Sequence record: NZ_CP117815.1
Source of the DNA: a plasmid
DNA length: 56,207 nt
Direction: 5' to 3' (one strand)
Part shown: positions 1-9,938 of the stretch, piece by piece
Numbering within the stretch: position 1 is the first letter of the stretch
Layout: every line of letters begins with the position of its first letter
The notes under the pieces: generated by a model
Seen by the model: the letters and a program-made list of their open reading frames with translations, nothing else
Databases searched by the model: none
What the model was told of the DNA's origin: nothing
Program-made: the position numbers and the translations under genes

Positions 1-978
1 ATGAGGATATCAAAAATATTATGCTTAGGTTTATTTATTATCAGCTCAATAGCATTTGCAAAACCTGCTGAAACTATCCCGTCAATACAGGTTATAAATT
101 ATAAAAATGACTTGGCTTATATTATTACGGCAGGTCCTGAGGTTGTGCACGGTTCTAATTATGAAGAGGCCTGTAGTAAATTAGCATCATACGGATATAC
201 ATGGAAAATTGTTCCACACAAAAGCGCCGACCCTGCATGTTACTCCCCAACAGATAACGTACTTATGGGAGCTAATACTTGGTACTGCGCCGATTCAACA
301 TTAGCATACTACAATACACCTTGGTGGCTCTGCAGTGAATCTTTTACCACTTGCCCTAATCCTACCTGGACTCGTTCTAACGATGGATTAAGCTGCTCAA
401 GACCAAATTCAACTTGTACTGAAACTCCAGCTACGGTTTCTGAAGTAAAATTACTCGCAGCTATAGTTTATGGGGAAGCATCTGCTACTAATAGCACCTA
501 TGAGGAAAAAGCTGCAATTGCAAATGCTGTAGTTAGATATAAAAATTCTAATGGCTATCCTACTGTGAATCAATTAATTCTGGATAACCCAGCTTATTCA
601 GCTGCAGCCTCTAATAAAGTAGTAAGATATCGTCAAGTGATGTGTTCTGATGTAGCTATCGAATATCCAGATCTATATAATGCTGCAATGAATGCTCTTG
701 ATCCTGAGGGTGTCGACTATGCAAATGGTGGATGCTTTTGGGATGGTAATGATTTAGTAACTAAAGGGGCAAAACATAGACATTATCGCAAAGGGTATAA
801 ATTTACAGATCCTACACATGATGTATTGTCAGTTGGAGATAGCGCCCCAGCAAATTTAACTGGTAAATTTGGTACCTATAATTACACTTTTGAATCAACT
901 GCAGGATATGGTCAGACTGTATTTTGGAAGTTAACACAAGAATTCTTAACGGCGCAAAGGGGTAAACAATGTCACTAA
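1..978 (+). CDS. Secreted Cys-rich protein with C-terminal SleB-like cell-wall hydrolase domain; may be 5'-truncated by the window edge.
   Basis: N-terminal signal peptide MRISKILCLGLFIISSIAFA. Motif LLAAIVYGEASATNSTYEEKAAIANAVVRYKNSNGYPTVNQLI matches the SleB/Hydrolase_2 core (ivyGEA...AVanVv.NR). Many Cys in the N-terminal half. Confidence 0.5.
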   Translation: MRISKILCLGLFIISSIAFAKPAETIPSIQVINYKNDLAYIITAGPEVVHGSNYEEACSKLASYGYTWKIVPHKSADPACYSPTDNVLMGANTWYCADSTLAYYNTPWWLCSESFTTCPNPTWTRSNDGLSCSRPNSTCTETPATVSEVKLLAAIVYGEASATNSTYEEKAAIANAVVRYKNSNGYPTVNQLILDNPAYSAAASNKVVRYRQVMCSDVAIEYPDLYNAAMNALDPEGVDYANGGCFWDGNDLVTKGAKHRHYRKGYKFTDPTHDVLSVGDSAPANLTGKFGTYNYTFESTAGYGQTVFWKLTQEFLTAQRGKQCH

Positions 979-1493
979 ATCAATTACATATTATTTTATT
1001 TGGAATGCTAATTTCTCAATTCGTATTGGCAGATGTACCTGTTGAAGTGATTGGATCTTGTAAAAATTCTAGAGCAGTTAACGCTTCAGTTACTTATACC
1101 AAAATAATTCCGCCAGCAGGAGTTGATGATTCCCCCGGATGTACCAATCACATAGAATCCACAGAAGGATCTTTTAATTACGGTGCAATAACATGTAATC
1201 ATGAAAATTATCTGATTCTTAAGTCAGATCGCATCAATTTAAATACAGCTCAAAATCATTCAGTCAATCCTTCGATAACTCCTGGAAACCGTATAACACA
1301 ATTATCAGATTGGTCAAAGATAGTATTCGATAATAATGAGTATCTTTGTATTGATGTTGAATTATCAGAATCTGGAGAAGGCGCTGATGTTTCACAATAT
1401 TATATAGTTGAAAATGCTTTTAATACTTCTACACCAGTTCTCCATTTTTATTTTTTCAATAAAGACATTATGCCAATGACTGATGCTAACTAA
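969..1493 (+). CDS. Secreted hypothetical protein; overlaps the upstream stop by 10 nt, suggesting translational coupling.
   Basis: Signal peptide MSLNQLHIILFGMLISQFVLA. No recognisable catalytic motif. Confidence 0.4.
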   Translation: MSLNQLHIILFGMLISQFVLADVPVEVIGSCKNSRAVNASVTYTKIIPPAGVDDSPGCTNHIESTEGSFNYGAITCNHENYLILKSDRINLNTAQNHSVNPSITPGNRITQLSDWSKIVFDNNEYLCIDVELSESGEGADVSQYYIVENAFNTSTPVLHFYFFNKDIMPMTDAN

Positions 1494-1721
1494 ATGAGAA
1501 ATTTTTGGTAAGTGTATTGATTCGTTTGAATGTGAAAAACTTAAAAATTAGTTTCTATCAATACTCGTTTTCGTCATTACAAGCCGCCCACTTTTGCGAA
1601 TAACTAATTAGTAAAGCGGACGGCAATTAAAGTATATTTGTCATTTTTAAAATAGTTGTCTTGCACCGTATATAGTTATAGTGATAAAAAGACCAAAGGA
1701 TAATTTTAACCATCTATTGAA

Positions 1722-2153
1722 ATGTCCCATATCCCACTATCAAACTATGGTACCTCTCCTTTTGAAAAACTGCTTGGCTATGTTCCGGAGATCTTAAATA
1801 ATTGGTCTAATTTAGAAAATGCCTTTTTGCAGAGCAAAACTTTTGAACCTAATTTTTTAGAGCAGATAAGACGCGCTTTAGTATTTGATAATCTTTGCTA
1901 CTATTATATAGCTAAGGCAGAACCTCCTGACCAACTACCAGAAGATATTCTGCTTACGGCCGCATTAAAATTTGCAAATAAATTTGCTATCGATCATAAA
2001 ATAATCAATGAACAAGATATTGATGAGTTAAAGCAATGTTTCTTGACTAACGAAATCAGTGAATTAATATCTTATTGTTCTTTTATTACCGCATCACAAC
2101 GTTTTGGATCTGTGTTAGGTCTACAGCCAGCTTTTAAATATGATCAAAAATGA
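1722..2153 (+). CDS. AhpD/carboxymuconolactone-decarboxylase (CMD)-like protein.
   Basis: LEQIRRALVFDNLCYYYIAKAEPP...LLTAALKFANKF...DIDELKQCF resembles the AhpD-core/CMD family pattern. Confidence 0.4.
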   Translation: MSHIPLSNYGTSPFEKLLGYVPEILNNWSNLENAFLQSKTFEPNFLEQIRRALVFDNLCYYYIAKAEPPDQLPEDILLTAALKFANKFAIDHKIINEQDIDELKQCFLTNEISELISYCSFITASQRFGSVLGLQPAFKYDQK

Positions 2154-2381
2154 TGGTCAGCTATAAGAATCATTTCATCACAAAAAATGTTTTTCATTGC
2201 CTGTATTATTCGAATTGCTAGATTATTGGGATTTTATTGGTGTCATCTTGTGGTATACGCTAAATTGACACTGAGCAAAGTGAAAAAATATGTCAGAATA
2301 GAGCTAAATTTTTAATAAATTGACATAATCAATTTAAAGTCTTAAACTTTATCCTGACGATTTTATAGAAATGGAGTTTTT

Positions 2382-2948
2382 ATGTCTTCATCAGGTAAAA
2401 CCATCGGATATGTTCGAGTAAGCTCTTTTGACCAAAACCCAGATCGCCAGCTAGAGGGAATTATTCTAGATAAAAAATTTATCGACCACATTTCCGGGAA
2501 AAGTATTAAACGACCGCAACTAGAAAAACTTCTCGATTATGTCCGTGATGGCGATGAAGTAGTCGTTCACAGCATGGACCGACTAGCCAGGAACCTGGAT
2601 GATTTGAGGCAACTCGTTAAAAGTTTAACACAGCGAGATGTGACTCTGCGTTTTATCAAAGAAAATTTGGTATTTAAAGGTGATGACTCGCCCATGTCCA
2701 ACTTGCTTTTATCTATTATGGGTGCCTTTGCTGAGTTTGAACGTGCATTAATTAGAGAAAGGCAGCTTGAAGGTATTGCCATTGCTAAACAAAAAGGGAA
2801 ATACAGAGGTAGGAAGCCCTCTTTAAATAAGGAACAGGCTGCAATTCTACAAGAGCGAGCAAAGGCTGGCGAACGAAAGACTAGCTTAGCCAAAGAATTT
2901 GGAATCAGCAGAGAAACACTCTATCAATACTTAAAAAACAATCAATAA
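2382..2948 (+). CDS. Serine recombinase (resolvase/invertase family).
   Basis: N-terminus GYVRVSSFDQNPDRQ carries the catalytic Ser motif. Central FAEFERALIRER and a C-terminal HTH are typical of Tn3/gamma-delta-type resolvases. RBS GGAG lies upstream. Confidence 0.85.
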   Translation: MSSSGKTIGYVRVSSFDQNPDRQLEGIILDKKFIDHISGKSIKRPQLEKLLDYVRDGDEVVVHSMDRLARNLDDLRQLVKSLTQRDVTLRFIKENLVFKGDDSPMSNLLLSIMGAFAEFERALIRERQLEGIAIAKQKGKYRGRKPSLNKEQAAILQERAKAGERKTSLAKEFGISRETLYQYLKNNQ

Positions 2949-3491
2949 GTAACTAATCAGAACCAACTACTATTTCAGCAACTGACGAAACCAGGAGAGC
3001 ATTCACCGTATGATTTTGTGAACTATCTAAATTTATTATTGAGTTTTTGAGGATTAAATAATTCTCAGTAATTTAGCATTGACTCAGCGTGATTCAAACA
3101 GCACGGCTGGGTATCTCCTAGCTCATCAGGTAGTAATTTTTAGCATACGTGCATAATTAACATACAGCCTTAGGCTATTCTGATGATTCAATAGATACTA
3201 ATCAATTAAATTTAATTTTCTCAGCAATCAGACTTTATTGTTCATGGCCAAGTTGAATCTACTCTGGATAATTTAGGTGCCACACTTCCCTGCAAGCAAC
3301 TTTCTCTACTATGAATGCCTCTTCTTTAAATGATTTATTTCTAAACGACAATATTACAGTGATTCCAGATTCTTTTATATTAAAAATCCAGCTGGTTCAG
3401 GTAATTATAATGTTTACCATGCTTAAGCAAAAAAGATGTTTATATAAGTAGTTTAAAATTAAATAATTACATTTATAAAATTAGACCTCTT

Positions 3492-4133
3492 TTAATCCAG
3501 GTCAATGATATCGCTTGTCGCTTTACAAAGAAAAAAACCTTCCACCGCAAAACAGTTATTCTGGTTTAATATTCTTTTATAGGCGCAAAAGGTAGCGCCG
3601 GATGTAATCATATCGTCAAATATTAAAATAGGATTATTGCCTAATTGACTTATCAAATAATTATCGATTTCCAAATTTTGAATTTTCTCAGTTATATCTC
3701 TTTTGTTAGTTTGATGACTGGGTGGTGTGGAAATTTTTGTAGAAAAAATCTCTAAAAATCTAAATTTTGGTAGCATTTTCTGAACTTTTAATAAAATTTG
3801 TATCAATCTATCATCATACTCTGGGTCACTCTTTTCCTTTGATGGCGCTACAGGTATCCATATATAGTCTAAAAATTGAGGCTGTTCAATTATGGTTTCG
3901 TATATTAATTTGGATACATTATCTATTTCTTTATTCTTGAAATAAGTAAAAGTAGGATTACCTTTAAGCTCAGAAGGGGATCGTTTTAAATTTTTTATCA
4001 TACTTCTTGTTGGGTTATTTATATAATCGGCTTTCCCATTGTAAGTAAAATAAAAATAACACCGGTCTTGGATGGTAAGATTTCTCCGATGTCTTGCTAT
4101 ATCGAACTCATCAATTACAAGTAAATTTGTCAT
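3492..4133 (-). CDS. Phosphoribosyltransferase (PRTase)-fold protein, ComFC-like but without the N-terminal zinc finger. It is the second gene of a two-gene operon with the DprA-like gene.
   Basis: PRPP-binding signature PILIFDDMITSGATF. The start overlaps the upstream gene's stop by 4 nt (ATGA). Confidence 0.65.
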   Translation of the reverse strand: MTNLLVIDEFDIARHRRNLTIQDRCYFYFTYNGKADYINNPTRSMIKNLKRSPSELKGNPTFTYFKNKEIDNVSKLIYETIIEQPQFLDYIWIPVAPSKEKSDPEYDDRLIQILLKVQKMLPKFRFLEIFSTKISTPPSHQTNKRDITEKIQNLEIDNYLISQLGNNPILIFDDMITSGATFCAYKRILNQNNCFAVEGFFLCKATSDIIDLD

Positions 4134-4981
4134 TTTAAAGCATCAACGATTTGAGAAAAATCTGAAACTCTAATGGCTCCTAATTTTTCAAATTTCGCTG
4201 GCCAATTAAGAGTACTATCCTCGAAATTATTATTTAAAATGAATAACTTCCTTCCTTGCTTTAGAGCTGCTTTTGCCTGAGTGAGAGTTCCAGATGTATT
4301 ACTCGCTTCTACTATAATTGTTGCGTCACTAATTGCCGACATTGTTTTGTTTCTCTCTGGGAAATTAAATCGGTTTAATTTAGGATTTCCTTTGCTGTAA
4401 CGAATAATCGGTACTTGAGATATTAATAAATGGTTTTTTGCTATTTCTAATTGTAAATTTTTATTTGCAAACGGATAAAAGCTAGTTATTGGAGTTCCTA
4501 TAACGGCTATAGTTCTACCTTCATTTTCAATAGCTGTTGAATGTGCTACGGTATCTATACCTGATGCTAAGCCAGATATAATAGTAATATCCTGTTCTAA
4601 TAAGAGTTTTACTAATTTCTGAGTTCGCTTAACTCCAAGAGGTGAAGGGTTTCTAGTTCCAACAACTGCGACACCTTTTGTGTGTAAATAGTTTAAATTT
4701 CCTTGATAATAAAGAAGAGGAAGCGAGTATTCAGCATCATAAAGTTTATCTAAATAATCCATAGTCCCACGAACAAATACATTAATGTCTATGGGTTGTT
4801 TGGAAATTATATTCCAGACTTGATCTATATATTTCTTAGTTAATGAGCTGTTTACTAATTCGCTAGCAAAATTTACTTTTTTTTCTTTCATTAAATCCGA
4901 AAGCTGTTTATATGATGAAACTACTTCATCAAATAAATATTCATAAGCGCCAATTTCATGAGCTGGTGATATTGCTAACAT
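4130..4981 (-). CDS. DprA/Smf-family Rossmann-fold protein (DNA-processing protein A-like).
   Basis: GVAVVGTRNPSPLG...ISGLASGIDTVAHSTAIENEGRTIAVIGTPITSFYP...FPERNKTMSAISDATIIVEASNTSGTLTQAKAAL matches the DprA Rossmann core, including the FP.RNR and SG(S/T)L motifs. Confidence 0.8.
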   Translation of the reverse strand: MLAISPAHEIGAYEYLFDEVVSSYKQLSDLMKEKKVNFASELVNSSLTKKYIDQVWNIISKQPIDINVFVRGTMDYLDKLYDAEYSLPLLYYQGNLNYLHTKGVAVVGTRNPSPLGVKRTQKLVKLLLEQDITIISGLASGIDTVAHSTAIENEGRTIAVIGTPITSFYPFANKNLQLEIAKNHLLISQVPIIRYSKGNPKLNRFNFPERNKTMSAISDATIIVEASNTSGTLTQAKAALKQGRKLFILNNNFEDSTLNWPAKFEKLGAIRVSDFSQIVDALK

Positions 4982-5674
4982 AGAATTTATCTCTTAATAA
5001 TTATTGCCTGTTAAATAAATATCAAATACCAATATTTATCTCAGCACTTTCCTAATGATAGATTAGTATTTATTATTTGAAAATAACTGTCTAAGTTTTA
5101 GTCATTAATTTGCGGGGTTAATGATTTAATCAAATTTCAAATTTTATTACGTTATCTATTCTAAAATCAAAGTTTACAATGAGAATAAATTCTAACATCT
5201 TCTTTCACCCAGCCAGTGCATTTCTCATAAGGAAGCACTGAGAAATTATCAAGAGATCAATCCCCTCTAATATCTTTTCACATACTTCCCACGCACCATT
5301 CACTATCATTAGAACTTCTTTAAGTTTGCGTACTGAAGTTTATCTATGTGCTGAATGATATTCCATCAGTCTTACTTTGGTTTAGAGACCAAATTATCAA
5401 AACTAACGTATGATCATTTATTTGGCAAACCGGCGTTAGCATTCTTTCAATATGAGTTAACATAAAAAGGTGGCTGTTAACCACCCAACCCTGCTTCCAA
5501 AACTAAAACCAAGCAAATTGGGCTAATCAATCTGATTAATTATTCTAAATTTAAATAAACAACAGTTTCTCTCTAAATTTAATTATCATTCAAAGCATTG
5601 TGTTAATAAAAATGAACTCGACAACACAATAGAACCAATAACAATTCTATAATGTAGAAAAAATGGAGTAGAAA

Positions 5675-6373
5675 ATGAACAAATGTTGGCTGTGTGGGGA
5701 TATCGCTACGACACGTGAGCATCGAATTAAAAAAACCACCGTTAACTATTTATTTTTATATGAGAAAAATCCAACAATTACAGTAGGTAAGAAAATTAAA
5801 AAACTACAATCCCCTAATTCAGGGTTAATTAAATATGATTATAATCTTTGTCAAAAATGCAATTGCGAAAGAACACAGCCCTTTGATAGGGCATACGAAA
5901 AATTTTTTGAATATCTAATCCAAAATCAAAAGAGTATTTTGAAAAACCGAAGGGTAAAGGTAGCTGATTTAGAAATCGATCAACAAAATTTGTTTAAATA
6001 CTTTATTAAATCATTTTGTTGTATGGTGGATAGCTCCCACACAAAGCCTGTACCTAAGGAACTGATCGATACCCTTCTAGGGGCAGATTATAACAAAAGT
6101 TTAGTAATACAGTTTTGTATTAATATGGCGACAATTAATTACCCTTTAACTAAAGTAATGATGACCGGAGAATCAATGTTCTTTCCATATACAAATGACG
6201 AGTTCTATATGAGTTATTATGAAGCTTATGGTTGGCTAAACATTCGATATATCTATCAAACTGTTTGGGATAAAAGGGAATACAATTTTCGGTTAAATAA
6301 AAATAATCTTGTGCCAAACTACTGGGTTGGAAAAAGTAAATATATATTTTTTTCTATTATCCCTTCCGTTTAG
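5675..6373 (+). CDS. Hypothetical protein with a possible N-terminal HNH-like metal-binding motif.
   Basis: CWLCGDIATTREHRIKK ... NLCQKCNCE gives CxxC...EH...N...CxxCN spacing reminiscent of an HNH nuclease. The spacing is longer than canonical, so this is a weak call. Confidence 0.35.
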   Translation: MNKCWLCGDIATTREHRIKKTTVNYLFLYEKNPTITVGKKIKKLQSPNSGLIKYDYNLCQKCNCERTQPFDRAYEKFFEYLIQNQKSILKNRRVKVADLEIDQQNLFKYFIKSFCCMVDSSHTKPVPKELIDTLLGADYNKSLVIQFCINMATINYPLTKVMMTGESMFFPYTNDEFYMSYYEAYGWLNIRYIYQTVWDKREYNFRLNKNNLVPNYWVGKSKYIFFSIIPSV

Positions 6374-6703
6374 CATGTTTTTTTAATACATGCTGTCGAC
6401 CAACAATAATTAGTCTTTTCTGGTAATCAGAAGTTAAATTAACGGATTTACTCTGTAAGCTATTAAACTATTTTTTACTATTAACTGAAAAGTTAATAAT
6501 CATCAGAGCGATCTCCTTGCCAACCCTTAACCCATGTATTTATTACTTGATACTTATCTCCTGTGCAACGAAACGACATTAAATTGGGCTTGTTCCTCTT
6601 TAGCCAATTATAAAAGACCAACCAAAGCGGGGTAGATATTTATCTTGTGGCTCATTCCAATTAAGCCAGATTCTATATATTTCTGTTTTTGCATCGTCTT
6701 TTT

Positions 6704-7540
6704 TCATTTATTTTCTACCTCTACATTGGGCATACCCTTTAAATGATCAATAATTCTATCTACATAACCCTCTATTTTTGTTGCACCACAAATTTTTGAT
6801 AACTGTCTGCCAGGCTCAGTCAACATTACTTTACCAATTGACACTTCATTATTAGTTTTTTTATTAAATTTAAATAAAATAACATCCCCAAAGTAGCTAA
6901 AATATGACTTTTCTCCATCTATATTTATAGAAAAGTGCACTATTGAATCAAAGTTAATTAACCCGATATTATCTAAATGTTGTAATTTTTCAAAATTTAA
7001 CCCTTTTTCAATATAAACCTGATTTTGATAATCAATAATCAAAGGATATAGAGAGCCTCCATGATAAACGCCAAAGGAACATAAGCTAGTAAAAAGCTTA
7101 GCATCAGACTTATCAAGTAACTCAACTAGATTTATAGTTCTTTTGGAAAATGAACCTGGCTTTTCCAATTCACCAGAAAGTAAGTTTGCCCATATGTCTT
7201 GCATTTGCTCATCTGAAACCATTTTAGCTTTTTCAAAGAAAAATCTTAACCAGTCATCATCTACGTCATCTGCTTTAGTCGCTTCCTTCATAGATATTAA
7301 ACATTTTAAAATAATGTTAGAAATATTCTTTTCGTCTTTTATTCCTTGATGAATTTTTCTTTTTTCGTATGCATCATATAGTTCTTGAGATTTAATATCC
7401 GAATTAGTTGAAATTAATTTAGCTTCAGCATCTGCTTTAGCTAATCTTCTAATTTGTTTAGGCTCACAATACCAGCCAATGGCTTTACTCAATTTCTCTA
7501 TAAGCAAATTCAAAGTTTCAGAAGATAGTTTAATATCCAT
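6704..7540 (-). CDS. Hypothetical protein, no confident family assignment.
   Basis: Intact 278-aa ORF in an AT-rich cargo region. Its start ATG lies 5 nt from the downstream resolvase remnant. Confidence 0.4.
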   Translation of the reverse strand: MDIKLSSETLNLLIEKLSKAIGWYCEPKQIRRLAKADAEAKLISTNSDIKSQELYDAYEKRKIHQGIKDEKNISNIILKCLISMKEATKADDVDDDWLRFFFEKAKMVSDEQMQDIWANLLSGELEKPGSFSKRTINLVELLDKSDAKLFTSLCSFGVYHGGSLYPLIIDYQNQVYIEKGLNFEKLQHLDNIGLINFDSIVHFSINIDGEKSYFSYFGDVILFKFNKKTNNEVSIGKVMLTEPGRQLSKICGATKIEGYVDRIIDHLKGMPNVEVENK

Positions 7541-7559
7541 ATTGATTAATATCCTAATT

Positions 7560-7799
7560 TTACCGATTTATATATTTGTATAGTGTAGTCTTTCCTACGC
7601 CAACCATCTTACAAATTGATTGTATTGAATGTTTTTTATTAGCATATAAAGTTTTGACTAACTCTTTTTGTTCGTCAGTAAGCTTTTCTGGCCTTCCTCC
7701 CTGCCTACCAATGGCTCTTGCAGCCTCAAGACCGTCCAGTGTTCGCTCTTTAATTAAATTTCGTTCAAACTCGGATATGGCGCCAAACACATGAAACAT
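7560..7799 (-). pseudogene. Truncated serine recombinase (resolvase) remnant: only the C-terminal linker and HTH part remains.
   Basis: FHVFGAISEFERNLIKERTLDGLEAARAIGRQGGRP...HTH aligns to residues of about 100-185 of the intact resolvases at 2382 and 47386. No catalytic Ser domain is encoded upstream (7800-8030). Confidence 0.6.
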
Positions 7800-8033
7800 A
7801 AACCTACCTGAGGTGTTTCTGTATTAATAGCTTCGGTGATACTATGGAACCGATTCCCTTTTTCTCTAATTTACTCACATAAGAAATAAGATGCTTCAGT
7901 TATCGCCTTAACCGATCCAATCGCCAAACAACCAAAACATTCCCTTCCTTTAGGAAACTTTATACTTTCTCTAATCCAGGGCATTCGGATACCGAGCCAC
8001 TAATTTTATCTGTAACTAGCTTCCCCCTCCTAT

Positions 8034-9311
8034 TTAAAACAAATGAACCAGCGGAACTTCAGACCATCGTGTGGTATAGGCAGGTGATTTTAGTTCAGCA
8101 CGCATGGCCCAAGGTTTTGAAAAACCTTCTGCTGCGAGGCGAATTGTGCTTCGTCCATATTTTTGATTGATTTGGTCAAAGACCGCCATCAATTGTTCCG
8201 TGTGGTTTAGATGCTCGTCACTTGGTTGATGAAACATATCCAGCTGTCGTGGGCTTTTAGGAATTAAATCTTCAAGACATACTCCTGCCTTTTTATAGTA
8301 ATACCTTGGTTTAAAAATGCGTTGCAGACATCGTTTGGCTATTTTGGTAATTAAGCGCAAATCATCTGTGGGATTAATCAGATTAAATTCGATGGACTGA
8401 AAGTGCTGTGCCAAATCTTCCCGAAATCGGTTCGTATGCACAAATACAACCAGACGCTTCGCCACTAATTGCTGGCGACGCATTTTCTCCACCGCACGAG
8501 CACAATGACTACTGATTGATTCCTCAATCGAAGCAAGTTGGGTTTGCATCTGACCAAAACTTTTAGATGACATAATACTTTGTTTAGGCTCTATTGCCTC
8601 TAAACCGCTACAAGCAATTCCTTGAAGCTCCATGGCCGTACGCATCAACACGACGTTAAAACATTTCTTCAGAAGGTGAGGATTGGTCATTGCCAAATCA
8701 TAAGCCGTATGAATGCCTCGCGAAATTAATTTATTGGCCCATTGCCGCCCTACCCCCCAAATGTCCCCAACGGAAATCTGTTGCAATAGCCGCTCACGAT
8801 TCGAGGAGATATTAAACACAGGGATTTTATAAACTTTTTTGCATAAATGATTGGCGGCTTTGGCTAGTGTTTTGGTCGGCCCAATGCCGATGGAAGTGGG
8901 TATTCCCGTGTGCCTCAAGATTTTCTTTTGTAACTGCTCGCAAAACAAATCATGTGAGTTAACTGGTAAACTCCTTAAATCAAGAAACGCTTCATCAATC
9001 GAGTAAATTTCGATATGGGGCCAGGCTTCTTCAATAGTGCACATCACGCGATGACTCATGTTACCATACAACGTATAATTTGAGGAAAAAGCTTTCACGC
9101 CATGCTGTTCGCACAAATGTTTAATTTTGAAGTATGGCTCGCCCATGGCAATGCCCAATGCTTTGGCTTCATTCGAGCGTGCGATACAACAGCCGTCGTT
9201 ATTGGATAGCACCACGATGGGGACATCCTTTAAATCAGGACGAAACAAACGCTCGCAACTGGCGTAAAAATTGTTGCAGTCGATAAGGGCAAACATCTCA
9301 GGCAAGCTCAT
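8034..9311 (-). CDS. umuC: Y-family translesion DNA polymerase subunit UmuC.
   Basis: N-terminus [22 protein letters not shown] is the classic UmuC start. 425 aa. Overlaps umuD by 14 nt. Confidence 0.9.
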   Translation of the reverse strand: MSLPEMFALIDCNNFYASCERLFRPDLKDVPIVVLSNNDGCCIARSNEAKALGIAMGEPYFKIKHLCEQHGVKAFSSNYTLYGNMSHRVMCTIEEAWPHIEIYSIDEAFLDLRSLPVNSHDLFCEQLQKKILRHTGIPTSIGIGPTKTLAKAANHLCKKVYKIPVFNISSNRERLLQQISVGDIWGVGRQWANKLISRGIHTAYDLAMTNPHLLKKCFNVVLMRTAMELQGIACSGLEAIEPKQSIMSSKSFGQMQTQLASIEESISSHCARAVEKMRRQQLVAKRLVVFVHTNRFREDLAQHFQSIEFNLINPTDDLRLITKIAKRCLQRIFKPRYYYKKAGVCLEDLIPKSPRQLDMFHQPSDEHLNHTEQLMAVFDQINQKYGRSTIRLAAEGFSKPWAMRAELKSPAYTTRWSEVPLVHLF

Positions 9312-9804
9312 GTAGAACCAAAGTCACCACTCCCCAAATCACCATCTCACTGTCCTCTGTAATGTCAATGGGTTGAAATTTGGGATTAGCAGGAAGTAAT
9401 TGCACCCTTCCCCCTTTTTTCGAAAGGCGTTTAACTGTAAGCTCACCGTTCACAGCTGCAATGACAATGCGTCCATCCGAAGGTTCTATGCTTCTATCGA
9501 CTAACAGCCAGTCGCCAGAAAAAATTCCAGCATCCACCATAGACTCCCCTGTGGCTTGCAAAACAAAGGTAGACGATGGGTGTTTAATAAATTTGGTGTT
9601 TAAATCAAGATACCCCTCGATGTAATCATCGGCCGGTGATGGAAATCCTGCTTGAATTTTGCTAGCAAATACCGGCAATTGATACGATACATGACTCTTT
9701 AGACGCTCTAATTCAGCAAGTTGAGATAATGATATACGAACTGCTTTGGTAGGCTCACCCCTTGGGCGACCCGCCCCTACTCTTTTTCCGCCTCGTGGTG
9801 ACAT
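9298..9804 (-). CDS. umuD: UmuD (LexA-like S24 self-cleaving peptidase subunit of Pol V).
   Basis: S24 core [20 protein letters not shown]...VKRL carrying the catalytic Ser/Lys dyad. Sits upstream of and overlapping umuC. Confidence 0.88.
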   Translation of the reverse strand: MSPRGGKRVGAGRPRGEPTKAVRISLSQLAELERLKSHVSYQLPVFASKIQAGFPSPADDYIEGYLDLNTKFIKHPSSTFVLQATGESMVDAGIFSGDWLLVDRSIEPSDGRIVIAAVNGELTVKRLSKKGGRVQLLPANPKFQPIDITEDSEMVIWGVVTLVLHELA

Positions 9805-9938
9805 GATGATTCTTTTTTTGATTTACGTACAAATATCATAGACAAGGAAAAATAAGCTGTAAATCCCGCCTCAGAACAACATGAGTTGAAATCAACACTA
9901 AGTCTTCGAGAATATTAAGAAAATTATTTTTAAATTTT

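Noticed and set aside
2567-2893. Antisense ORFs nested inside well-supported genes. Examples: 2567-2893, 7143-7349, 7576-7794, 9380-9625, 10131-10322, 11640-11822, 11920-12366, 12878-13090, 18276-18512, 19611-19838, 25673-25915, 27684-27884, 33880-34077, 36418-36720, 37527-37850, 41031-41234, 43153-43423, 47693-47908, 48269-48517, 53518-53712.
   Set aside because: Each lies entirely within, and on the strand opposite to or out of frame with, a gene with strong motif support. None has an RBS or a recognisable motif. They are typical AT-rich-genome spurious ORFs.
5462-5478. GGTGG-ctgttaa-CCACC hairpin followed by a T-run on the minus strand, considered as a terminator.
   Set aside because: Only a 5-bp stem, and there is no minus-strand gene upstream of it to terminate. 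Likely fortuitous.
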